Source: Nitrospirota bacterium
GTDB taxonomy: Bacteria; Nitrospirota; Nitrospiria; Nitrospirales; Nitrospiraceae
Assembly (NCBI GenBank): GCA_963703955.1
Contig: CAVPGK010000021.1
Span: 96,001-160,000, forward strand
Direction: 5' to 3'
DNA length: 64,000 bases
In this document: positions 10,985 through 20,222 of the stretch, piece by piece
How positions within the stretch are numbered: the stretch's first letter is position 1
Layout of the letters: each line of letters opens with the position of its first letter
Made by a program: the position numbers and the translations under genes
Notes under the pieces: model-generated
Database searches by the model: none
Told to the model about the DNA's origin: nothing
What the model saw: the letters and a program-made list of their open reading frames with translations, nothing else

Positions 10985-11737
10985 ATGGGAGAGAGCTTAA
11001 AAGGTCGTGTAGCCCTGGTGACCGGAGCGGTGGGGGGGATTGGCCAGGCCATCTCTTCCCTTTTAGCCGAGGAAGGGGCTACCCTAGCCCTTCACTACCT
11101 CGTCGAGCCGGATGAGGTAGCAGCGGCGTTTCACAAGGAGTTTACCCAACAGGGATATAAGGCGAAGATCTACAAGGCAGATCTCTCTCGATTTGAAGAC
11201 GTGACCTCTTTGGCCGAAGCCGTTATCAAGGATTTTGGCCAGATTGACATTCTCGTCAACAATGCCGGCATCACCATGGATAGGACCCTGAAGAACATGA
11301 GTCCTGCGGAGTGGGAGAAGGTCATCGCCGTCGATCTCTCGTCGGTCTTCTACTGTTCGAAGGCGGCGATCAACCAGATGCTCTCCAGGGGCTACGGTCG
11401 AATCATCAGCATCAGCTCAGTCGTCGGAGAGAAAGGGAATGTCGGTCAGACCAACTATGCTGCGGCAAAGGCCGGGATCATCGGTTTTACTAAGTCCTTG
11501 GCGCTGGAAACGGCGAGGAAAGGGATTACCGTCAACGCCGTCGCGCCAGGTTTCGTGAAGACGGCGATGACGGAAAAGATTCCAAAGGAGATCATGAACA
11601 AGATCGTCGAGGGCATCCCCACCGGTCGATTGGCCGAACCGTGGGAGATCGCCCGTGCGGTCGTATTTTTGGCGGATGAGAAGTGCTCCTACATGACCGG
11701 CCAGGTCTTGAGCGTCAATGGGGGATTGTATATGTAG
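10985..11737 (+). CDS. phaB: Acetoacetyl-CoA reductase (SDR)
   Basis: TGAVGGIG, NNAGITMD, GQTNYAAAKAG, LSVNGGLYM C-terminus; lies between phaA and phaEC. Confidence 0.88.
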   Translation: MGESLKGRVALVTGAVGGIGQAISSLLAEEGATLALHYLVEPDEVAAAFHKEFTQQGYKAKIYKADLSRFEDVTSLAEAVIKDFGQIDILVNNAGITMDRTLKNMSPAEWEKVIAVDLSSVFYCSKAAINQMLSRGYGRIISISSVVGEKGNVGQTNYAAAKAGIIGFTKSLALETARKGITVNAVAPGFVKTAMTEKIPKEIMNKIVEGIPTGRLAEPWEIARAVVFLADEKCSYMTGQVLSVNGGLYM

Positions 11738-11803
11738 GAGTGTTCTCTTGTACTGTGGGTTCGACAAACGGGACGTTTAAGCAATCAACGAATGGAGGAC
11801 GTG

Positions 11804-12292
11804 ATGGAAACGATGGAATGGACCAAGCAATCCGAAAACCTGTTCAAGACATGGACTGACACGCAAACGAAGATGTGGAATGACTGGATTAAGCTCATGC
11901 AAGGAGTCGGGAAATCTCAGTCGAGCCAGATATGGGAAAAAACCGTCGAAGCCTGGGATGAATCCATTAAGAAGAGCCTTGATGCACAGGTTGAATGGAC
12001 TCAGCGTTGGGCCGAGAGCTGCAAGGGCGCTCCCAAGGAGCTGGCGGATTGGGCCAAGCAAGGCCAAGACATGATTCAGGGCTGGACCCAGACCCAGAAG
12101 CAGCTCTGGGCAAACTGGTTCCACATCGTCAAGAAGCTCGATCCCGCTGCGTCGGGCATGAACTGGGGCGGCGGAGACGGTCAGAAATTCCTGCAAGGCT
12201 GGCAGGACGCCGTCCAAAAAGGCCTGGATACTCAGGCCGAGTGGGTTCGCTTGTGGTCCGCGAAGCAAGCTGGTACGAAGCCTAAGGAATAA
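11804..12292 (+). CDS. Trp/Gln-rich two-repeat helical protein, PHA-associated
   Basis: Internal repeat (WTDTQTKMWNDW / WTQTQKQLWANW; WDESIKKSLDAQVEW / WQDAVQKGLDTQAEW); N-terminus resembles the PhaE N-terminus. Confidence 0.7.
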   Translation: METMEWTKQSENLFKTWTDTQTKMWNDWIKLMQGVGKSQSSQIWEKTVEAWDESIKKSLDAQVEWTQRWAESCKGAPKELADWAKQGQDMIQGWTQTQKQLWANWFHIVKKLDPAASGMNWGGGDGQKFLQGWQDAVQKGLDTQAEWVRLWSAKQAGTKPKE

Positions 12293-12408
12293 GGGAATAA
12301 CGGGAAGCTGAGGTTCAGGCTGCTGGTTGAATTCAACTCCGTCGCAGTGATCAGAGCGACGGCACGAGTAGGTTTAGCCTGATTGCTGAGACTCAAGAGA
12401 GGATCACC

Positions 12409-13533
12409 GTGGATTGGAGTGAGCAGACGGAGACCATGGTCAACGCCTTGACGGAAGCGCAGAAGCAGATGTGGAGCAGCTGGTCTGAGCTGATGCGGGC
12501 TGCGCCCTCGACTCCCCCACTGAATTTGGGAGTCGCGGATCAGTGGCGCGAGCTGGCGACCCAAGCCCTCAAAGGGTGGACGGCCGATGCCGATCTAGTC
12601 GTCAAGGATGTCAGCAAGCAGTTGTTGACGACTCAAGATTGGATGATGCGCTTTCTGGGAATCTCAATCAGCGCATGGCAGGCGATCACCCCAAAAGTCC
12701 AGGCCGGTGAGGACTGGCAAGCCGTACTCGCGAAGCATACGGACCAACTACGCCAGCAGTTCGTGCAGTACCCCCAAGGGATGGCCAACGCGACGCAGGA
12801 CTCGGGCGAACTCTGGCGGCTGTACCTGGAGCAGTGGCAAAAACTTGGCCAGCCGTGGGCCGACTCGCTGCGGCGGGCCCCTTGGCATTTCGGCCAAGCC
12901 TCGACGGGCGATGGGTCGGCTCTGATCGAGTTGATGAATCTGTACGGGGACGCCTACGAGCGCACCTTCGGCCGCCTGCTCGAGAGCCCCAGCCTCGGGA
13001 ACACCCGCGAACTGAATCAGGAGCTGCTCAAGGGATTCGACGCCTGGTTGGATTATCGCCGGGCAAGCTTCGAATACCAGGTGGAACTGGCCGGGACATG
13101 GACGCACGCGTTCGAAGAGTTCATGCGGAAGCTGGTTTCGCAGGTCGAAAAGGGCGAACCGGTTCAGAGCGTGCGGCAATTGCTCTTTCTGTGGATCGAC
13201 GTCGTTGACCAAGTGTTCGCGGATGTCTTTCGATCAGACGAGTACATCCGGACGCAGGGGCATCTGCTCAATGCGACGATGACGTACAGACTCCGTGAAC
13301 GGGACATCGTCGAAGCGTTTTTAAAGACCAGCCATGTTCCTTCTCGAAGCGAACTGGATGAGGCCTACCGGAGAATTTATCACCTCCGAAAAGACGTGAA
13401 AGAGCTCAAGAAAGCGTTGCAGGAGCTCAGAGCAGAAATTTCTAGTCAGACCAAGCGGGAACCGGAAGGTAGACCAGGGACCGGCGCGGCTAAAGAGACC
13501 AAGGCGCGTAAGGTGCCTGAAGCTCATTCATAA
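12409..13533 (+). CDS. phaE: Class III PHA synthase subunit PhaE
   Basis: YERTFGRLLESPSLGNTRE, PhaE box VPSRSELDEAYRRIYHLRKDVKELKK; directly upstream of phaC. Confidence 0.88.
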   Translation: MDWSEQTETMVNALTEAQKQMWSSWSELMRAAPSTPPLNLGVADQWRELATQALKGWTADADLVVKDVSKQLLTTQDWMMRFLGISISAWQAITPKVQAGEDWQAVLAKHTDQLRQQFVQYPQGMANATQDSGELWRLYLEQWQKLGQPWADSLRRAPWHFGQASTGDGSALIELMNLYGDAYERTFGRLLESPSLGNTRELNQELLKGFDAWLDYRRASFEYQVELAGTWTHAFEEFMRKLVSQVEKGEPVQSVRQLLFLWIDVVDQVFADVFRSDEYIRTQGHLLNATMTYRLRERDIVEAFLKTSHVPSRSELDEAYRRIYHLRKDVKELKKALQELRAEISSQTKREPEGRPGTGAAKETKARKVPEAHS

Positions 13534-13555
13534 CGACTACCAAGCAAGGAGCAAC

Positions 13556-14650
13556 GTGATACCGTTTACTTTGCCTCTTCGACCGGAAGACATGACTCGT
13601 GAGCTCATTGAACTGAACCAAAAGGTCGTCAAGGGAATCGAGAGCCTCAGTCGCATCCGGGACAAAGACATTCAGGTGGGGGCCAGTCCTAAGGAAGAGA
13701 TCTATCGAGAGGATGAACTTGTCCTCTATCGCTTCACTCCGATGGTGGAGCAGCCATTTCGCATTCCAATTCTCATTGTCTACGCCTTGGTCAATCGTCC
13801 CTACATGGTCGATCTGCAGGAAGACCGGTCATTGGTCCGCAATCTGCTCAAACTGGGCATGGATGTCTACTTGATCGACTGGGGGTATCCTGGTCGAGGG
13901 GACCGCTGGTTAACGCTCGACGACTACATCAACGGTTACATCAATGACTGTGTGGATATCCTCCGCTCACGGCATAGCCTAGACCGAATCAATCTGCTAG
14001 GGGTCTGCCAAGGCGGGACTTTCAGTTTGTGTTACAGCACGCTCTATCCTGAGAAGGTCAAGAACCTAGTGACGATGGTGACCCCCGTAGACTTTCACGT
14101 GAAAGAGGGCTTGCCCAACCTGTGGGCTGGATGCAACGCTGGAAATCACAGCATGGACGTGGACGCTCTGGTCGACGCCTTCGGCAACATCCCCGGCGAG
14201 TTTATGAACCTAGGATTTTTGATGCTGAAACCGTTTCAGTTGGGTCTGGGAAAGTACCTCGAAATGATCGATATTCTGGACAACGAAGAGAAGCTGCTCA
14301 ACTTCCTCCGCATGGAGGAATGGATCTTCGACAGTCCTGATCAAGCCGGAGAAACCTATCGACAGTTCATGAAGGACTTCTATCAAGGAAACAAGTTGAT
14401 CAAGGGCGAAGTGAAGATCGGGACCAAGCGGGTCGATCTCAGAAAGATCGATATGCCGGTACTGAACGTCTACGCCGAGCAGGATCATCTGGTGCCTCCA
14501 CCCTCCTCCATGGCATTGGCGCAACACGTCGGAACGACCGACTATACACTCCGTTCGTTCCCTGTTGGGCACATCGGTATGTACGTCAGCGGGAAGGTAC
14601 AGCGCGATCTCCCCCCCACCATCGTGAATTGGCTCAAAGAGCGAGCCTAG
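13556..14650 (+). CDS. phaC: Class III PHA synthase subunit PhaC
   Basis: 364 aa; LIVYALVNRPYMVDLQ, GVCQGG lipase-like box with Cys, DHLVP (Asp), GHIG (His). Confidence 0.95.
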   Translation: MIPFTLPLRPEDMTRELIELNQKVVKGIESLSRIRDKDIQVGASPKEEIYREDELVLYRFTPMVEQPFRIPILIVYALVNRPYMVDLQEDRSLVRNLLKLGMDVYLIDWGYPGRGDRWLTLDDYINGYINDCVDILRSRHSLDRINLLGVCQGGTFSLCYSTLYPEKVKNLVTMVTPVDFHVKEGLPNLWAGCNAGNHSMDVDALVDAFGNIPGEFMNLGFLMLKPFQLGLGKYLEMIDILDNEEKLLNFLRMEEWIFDSPDQAGETYRQFMKDFYQGNKLIKGEVKIGTKRVDLRKIDMPVLNVYAEQDHLVPPPSSMALAQHVGTTDYTLRSFPVGHIGMYVSGKVQRDLPPTIVNWLKERA

Positions 14651-15580
14651 TTGTCGCCGCGAGCCTTGCCCTACTTACTTCCTAACACGGGACTCTGGAT
14701 CCTCCTCTTTCTCATCCTCCCATCCCAGGCCCTAGCCGGTCACAAGATCGCACACTGCCGGCCCCAGCCTACGGAAGCTACGTTCGCCTCGGACTTTCCA
14801 CTCATGCAAGATCGAGAATGGGGATACCGCCTTGGAGGGTGGGGCGGCGTGTCCAGAGAACAACCCTTGCGGCATCCTCCTGTGATCTTTGTCCACGGCA
14901 ATACCCGAGATGCCAACGACTGGGATGAACCGGGTAGAAGTGTCAAGCAACGCTTCTTAGAAGCAGGCTACTCGCTGCAGGAGCTATGGGCACTCTCGTA
15001 TAACGGCACATCAACCAAGGACGAACCCCCGGCTTTACAATGCCGGACGGACAACACACGCAATGTCCCAGACCTCAGAGCCTTTGTAGAGGCGGTCCTG
15101 ATGTATACAGGGGCGCCGAAAGCGGACATCGTTGCTCATTCATTGGGGGGGACCCTCGTGCGAAGCTTGCTGAAAACCGAGCCGGATTTGTCGCACAAGG
15201 TCAGGAAATTCGTCGCCATTGCAGGTCCGAATCACGGGACCACCGTATGCCGTCGCTCATGGTTGATCTGGTTCATCGGGTGGCAGGATTTCATCGCCTG
15301 CGATGAAATTGCGCCGGGATCGACGTGGCTGAGAGACCTGAATCAATCACCTGATGAACGAGAAGCACCCGATGCCGTTGAATCACTCACCCTCTATGAT
15401 GGGACCGGAGCCGATGTCTTCTATCGACGCTGGATGTTTGGATGGCCGGTGGGTGATCAAGATAGTCCCGCGCTCAGAGGCGCCAAGAACATCACGATGC
15501 CGGGATTGACGCACGACGAGCTCAGGACCCATCCCGAAGCCATCACCACCTATCTCAACTATCTGCTCTCCACCCACTAG
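14651..15580 (+). CDS. Secreted alpha/beta hydrolase, lipase class 2 / PhaZ7-like PHB depolymerase
   Basis: Signal peptide, PVIFVHGN oxyanion motif, YTGAPKADIVAHSLG lipase box (AHSxG), late His (HDEL); abuts phaC. Confidence 0.75.
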   Translation: MSPRALPYLLPNTGLWILLFLILPSQALAGHKIAHCRPQPTEATFASDFPLMQDREWGYRLGGWGGVSREQPLRHPPVIFVHGNTRDANDWDEPGRSVKQRFLEAGYSLQELWALSYNGTSTKDEPPALQCRTDNTRNVPDLRAFVEAVLMYTGAPKADIVAHSLGGTLVRSLLKTEPDLSHKVRKFVAIAGPNHGTTVCRRSWLIWFIGWQDFIACDEIAPGSTWLRDLNQSPDEREAPDAVESLTLYDGTGADVFYRRWMFGWPVGDQDSPALRGAKNITMPGLTHDELRTHPEAITTYLNYLLSTH

Positions 15581-15669
15581 CTTGTAGCGGCCCGGATAAC
15601 CCGTTTATTTCCGAACCACATTAGCTGAGAATGAAGGCCTGCTCGGGACCACAATAGGATGTTATCGGT

Positions 15670-16070
15670 CGATTAGTGTGGGCCCGTTCTCTGCCGCCCG
15701 CATCTGTTTTGCAGCTCGTGCGCCCGCCAAGCGGGAGCTGGCCGCGCAGGAAACCATTGGGTCTCGCGCGGCTTTGGCATTGAGAAGCTCCGTCAGTACC
15801 CCTCCCGTTGTAACCGTTCCGCGTCAATCTTGGTTCCAGACTGTCGATGTCCTTTCGCCGCACATTTCGATCATGTCCGTCCCTACCGGTTTCTGGCCGA
15901 CCGTGTAGGCTTTCTTTGAGGATAAGGGTCAAATACTGTTGGATAGGCGGCGCCCTTGCGAACCATTTCGATGAGGCGCTTCAGGCCGATCAACGTCTAG
16001 CGGTACGAGTCGTGCCTCGTCGATAAACAGCGCGATCAGTCTCTGGCGCTTCTCAATAAGGTAATGAAAA
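15670..16070 (-). pseudogene. Degraded ExeA-type AAA ATPase of transposon origin
   Basis: Fragments in different frames: IALFIDEA, TLIGLKRLIEMV, KAYTVGQKPV, DIDSLEPRLTRNGYN, FLRGQLP. Confidence 0.6.
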
Positions 16071-16185
16071 TTCAGCTGAGAGCTTACATGCCTTTGTTGG
16101 AATGAACCCGGTGTAGCGCAAACCATCAACCTTCTCTCGCTGCGTGTCCCCCGTCGCGCATCATTTTCCCTGGGAATGGTTCCTC

Positions 16186-16260
16186 TTGACAGCGCTCTAT
16201 CTTCGTTATACCATCTGATGAGATGGTTAAACGATGGTAAATAGATGGTGAGGAGATGGT
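16186..16260 (+). promoter_or_regulatory. Sigma70 promoter with a phased GATGGT operator array
   Basis: TTGACA(16186)-N17-TACCAT(16209); ACCATC at 16210, then GATGGT at 16222, 16233, 16244 and 16255. Confidence 0.75.
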
Positions 16261-16651
16261 AATGATAGGTGATACGGAGAAGATCACGATAAACCTGGGC
16301 TTTGTCGACCTGGGACAGGTCGATTTGTTAGTGCAGGAAGGTTTTTATTCTAACCGCACGGACTTTATTCGCACCGCGATCCGCAACCAGCTCGCTAACC
16401 ACGCTGAGACGGTCAAACAAACGATGGCGCGCAAGACCTTAGTGCTCGGCCTGCAACACTATACTCGTCGTGACCTGGAGGCGGTGCGGGCGGCCGGACA
16501 AAAGCTCCAGATCCAGGGGTTGGGCTTAGTGAGCATTGCCGATGACGTGTCTGCCGAACTGGCCCGAGCCACCATTGACTCCCTCGTCGTGCTGGGGGCC
16601 TTGCGGGTAAGTGCGGAAGTCAAAGCTGCCTTAGTCGATCGGATTCACTAA
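16256..16651 (+). CDS. CopG/ribbon-helix-helix transcriptional regulator
   Basis: TEKITINLGFVDLGQVDLLVQEGFYSNRTDFIRTAIRNQL; this family is typically paired with PHB esterases. Confidence 0.88.
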   Translation: MVMIGDTEKITINLGFVDLGQVDLLVQEGFYSNRTDFIRTAIRNQLANHAETVKQTMARKTLVLGLQHYTRRDLEAVRAAGQKLQIQGLGLVSIADDVSAELARATIDSLVVLGALRVSAEVKAALVDRIH

Positions 16652-16674
16652 ACAACAGACGCACGGAGGAGGCC

Positions 16675-18143
16675 ATGGGCATGAATGACAGAATGGGCAC
16701 TTGGATGACGGAAGCCACCCGGCTCACGCGCGCGGGCCAGCTCGACGAGGCCACTGCCATCATCCAGCGCGCGCTCCGGGGCATGCTCGCGCCGGAAGCT
16801 TCGCCAAACACCACCGACCGTACTACCGATGAACCAGTTGATGTCACCTTCCGCGTCGTTGATGCGGCTCCATGGCCCGCGGAGGTGTCAGCACAGGGGC
16901 GGGGTCCTCAAACCAGCTCCTCTGCAGTGGCAACGCCACCAGCGCCTGACGTTGCAGTGCCACCGTATGAACGTGGGCGTGCATCCGCCGAGTGGACCGA
17001 CAGCCGACCAGACCCTCGTGAGGATCAGCACAGCGGGACACCTTCGACCACACAGCATACATGTGGGGGCGAACGTGCCAAGTCTATGCCGGCGGCGCTC
17101 AGGTGGCCTGCTCGCTTCCGCGCTAGGCTTCGCCCTCCCCGGAGTGGACTTGGCGGACCCGTATCCATTCCCATGTCGGACCACGCACGCAGCGAGACTT
17201 GGGCAGGGGGACAGTTTATCGATGGATCCTATACGAACCACGCCGGAACCCGCACCTACAAGCTGTACATCCCGAGTAGATATCGCGGGCAAGCCTTGCC
17301 CCTGGTCGTCATGCTCCATGGCTGTACGCAGACCCCAGACGATTTCGCCGCTGGCACCCGTATGAATGTACTCGCAGAGAGGGAACTTTTCTTCGTTGTC
17401 TATCCCGCACAAGCGACCTCCGCCAACCAGTCCAAGTGTTGGAATTGGTTCAAGGCGACCGACCAGCACCGAGGTCATGGCGAACCTTCCATCATTGCCG
17501 GCATCACGCACCATGTCGTTAGCACCTACCACCTCAACGCTCGGCGGGTATACGTGGTAGGGCTGTCGGCCGGCGGGGCGATGACCTCGATCATGGGGGT
17601 GAGCTACCCTGATCTCTATGCCGCCATCGGCGTCCATTCTGGCCTGGCCTACGGTGCCGCGCACGACCTCCCCTCCGCGCTTGCCGCAATGCAGCACGGA
17701 GGGATGACCGCCGCACAACAGCAGGGCAACCGCTTCCCAGCTCCGGGGACATGCACTCGGGTGGTCCCAACAATCGTGTTCCATGGGGATCGGGATACGA
17801 CGGTTCACCCCCGCAATGGGGACCAGGTGCTTGCGCAATGGGTGAGGACCAACACGGAGATGGGCCAGACACGACGAACCTGTGCATGACCGTGAACTTG
17901 GGACAGGTGCCCGATGGGCATACCTACACCCGCTGCATCTATCACGACGCGAGCGGTCATGCCGTCATGGAGCGGTGGCTGATCCATGGGGCAGGCCATG
18001 GATGGTCGGGCGGAAGTTCTAATGGCTCGTTTACCGATCCCGAGGGGCCTGACGCTTCGCAGGAGATGGTACGCTTTTTCTACGAGCACCCACGGAACGA
18101 ATCGTGGATGCCGTCTGCTGATGAATCAGACTCTGCGCGATGA
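16675..18143 (+). pseudogene. PHB depolymerase family esterase (LpqC-like), frameshifted near 17840-17885
   Basis: EATRLTRAGQLDEATAIIQRAL N-terminus, LVVMLHGCTQ, CWNWF, GLSAGG, VFHGDRD; the C-terminal GAGHGWSGG...GPDAS lies in another frame (may be an assembly error). Confidence 0.85.
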
Positions 18144-18207
18144 ACGCATACGAGTATCGTATTGCGGCCATCGAGCCACTTCGCAGAAACGATGAACTCG
18201 CTTAGGC

Positions 18208-18330
18208 ATGGACGACGACATCAAAGCGATTGAGCAACTCCACAAACGCGACATGCGCCCGTCGACGGCAGGAGACTTTGATCGCTTCGCGCCCTGATTT
18301 CTGATGAAGGCGTCGTCATGGCCACCTGCG
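18208..18330 (+). pseudogene. Possible SnoaL/DUF4440-like remnant
   Basis: MDDDIKAIEQLHKRDM..AGDFD, then stop/frameshift. Confidence 0.3.
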
Positions 18331-18454
18331 GCAAGCGCCAGATTCTGCACCGTTTTTCATGTTGGCTATCGTCTTGGCAGGTGCCAGCCAATTGCATCGG
18401 GCATTACGAATTTACGGCGCGCAATTGAAGACAATACGGGAGGCGATCACGATC

Positions 18455-18567
18455 GTGGTGTCTGTGTCTTCTCAGTGATGAACCTGAAAGAGGCATTGAA
18501 GTGGAACTACCTGGTGGGTTTCTCAATGATGGTAGGCGCGGTGTTCATCATCTTCAAGGAGTGGTGA
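18455..18567 (+). pseudogene. 3' remnant of a DMT-family (DUF486-like) membrane protein
   Basis: VFSVMNLKEALKWNYLVGFSMMVGAVFIIFKEW* with no matching N-terminus. Confidence 0.6.
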
Positions 18568-19243
18568 CGATCATGATTCATCTTCAGTGAACGGCAGCAG
18601 AACACGTTTATGAGCTCTCCATGAATTCGGCAGCCAGGCCGATACTTCATTCATCCTTACCGTAAGCCGATCGTTGTTCGTTTCATCTGCTCCCGCTGTC
18701 CGAGTCGCCTGCCGGCAGTCTGAGTCTCATCACACCTACATCGAGGGTAAGACCGCTCCTACAAGAAAGGGGATATGCTCGGTCATGAGTGGGCACGCCG
18801 TTCATCAACTTTGTCCTCCTTAGGACAATCTGTCTATGACCAAGAGCCGTTCGATCTAAGGCTGAGTTAGCGGTGTTTGGACAGGGGATCTGCAGACAAA
18901 CCGTGATGACGAAGGAATGAGCGGAGGAACGCAGTTCTCATCCGGTCAATGACGCATCATGTCGAAAATAAAAACTTTACCAAGGTCGGCCTTTCTCCGA
19001 CCCGCCGTGGTCTGCTCCTTGCGTGAGAGTTATTGTCGGTTGGTTCTGACAGATGCCGAAAAAGAGTGGTTCGACCATAACCACCACGAGCATCGTCGTT
19101 GATTGTCGGGGTCAAGAACCATGTCTCTCATGAGATTCGCCTGTCTCGGGCGGGTCAACCTTCTCTCGACTGGCGTTTGGGAGCCTTTGCAGAATTCGCT
19201 TTTGGGTCCTTAGCGCATACGAGGGAAGAGAAAGGAATGTCCG

Positions 19244-19411
19244 ATGCTGTACTACGCGTTGGTATTTCTAGTCGTAGGTCTCATTGCGGCAGCTCTTGGC
19301 CTGTCGGGAGTCGCCGGGGTCGCGACGCAGATCTCCTGGGTCCTTTTTCTGATCGGGATCGCGCTCTTACTCGTTCATCTGCTCAGAGGACGTACGCCAC
19401 CGGTCGCTTGA
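19244..19411 (+). CDS. DUF1328 family small membrane protein (55 aa; not in the ORF track)
   Basis: MLYYALVFLVVGLIAAALGLSGVAGVATQISWVLFLIGIALLLVHLLRGRTPPVA; AAGGA RBS. Confidence 0.88.
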   Translation: MLYYALVFLVVGLIAAALGLSGVAGVATQISWVLFLIGIALLLVHLLRGRTPPVA

Positions 19412-19471
19412 CAAGCAAATTGCTGTCATGCGAAAGGAGATCAAGCTCTCACAGCACAACGGAGGTGATCT

Positions 19472-19909
19472 ATGAAAATTCACGCCTTCAACCGATTCGC
19501 ATGGGTTTTGGCTCTGCTGGGTTTCGGGCTGACGGTTTCGGCCTGCGGCACGACGAAGGCCACGACTGATACCACATCGAATTTTTTCTCCAGCACCACG
19601 CCAGGAGACCTCTTCACGGCAGACGGCCTCGTCAAGCAAGATCAAAAGGTTCACCTGTTCACGGGCGTGATGTATGAGAACCTCCGGCATGACATCGCTC
19701 GAGGGAACGGCGAGTACCTCACTTCCTTGGGAACCCTCTTAAATATCCCGTCGACCGAGCAGAATGAGTTCGGGAGGCTCGTGCAAGACAAGTACCCCCT
19801 CCTGTTCACGTCCGACTTGAACGGCGACCGTACAGCACACCTCAAGATGATCGCCGTCCTCACACGTGAGTGGGAAGGAAATCGTAACATGAGCCATATG
19901 ACTAAATAA
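19472..19909 (+). CDS. DUF3015 family lipoprotein
   Basis: Lipobox VSAC; ENLRHDIARGNGEYLTSLGTLL; GGAGG RBS. Confidence 0.8.
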   Translation: MKIHAFNRFAWVLALLGFGLTVSACGTTKATTDTTSNFFSSTTPGDLFTADGLVKQDQKVHLFTGVMYENLRHDIARGNGEYLTSLGTLLNIPSTEQNEFGRLVQDKYPLLFTSDLNGDRTAHLKMIAVLTREWEGNRNMSHMTK

Positions 19910-20222
19910 GCCGCGAACCACTGGAGCCGAGAGCACTGACGCGGGGCACGGTCGGCTGATGCCGACCGTGCTCTTTTCTCGACTCTCTTCCAGGCTATAC
20001 ATCGTCTCTATTCGGCGAATCCTCTCCTCCGACGTCTTCATCCGGACCATAGAAAACGCCGGCCTCTAGGCAGGTCCTTTTTTGTTTGCCCCACCTGCGC
20101 AAGGGGCCGTTCGTTCTCAAGAGCGTCATTCCTTGCAGCCGGCGTCATCACACCATACAATACCTCTGCTTCTGATCCCGCTTCCGGACCGCCAGGGCGT
20201 TGACACGTCGAAAGGAGTCGCC

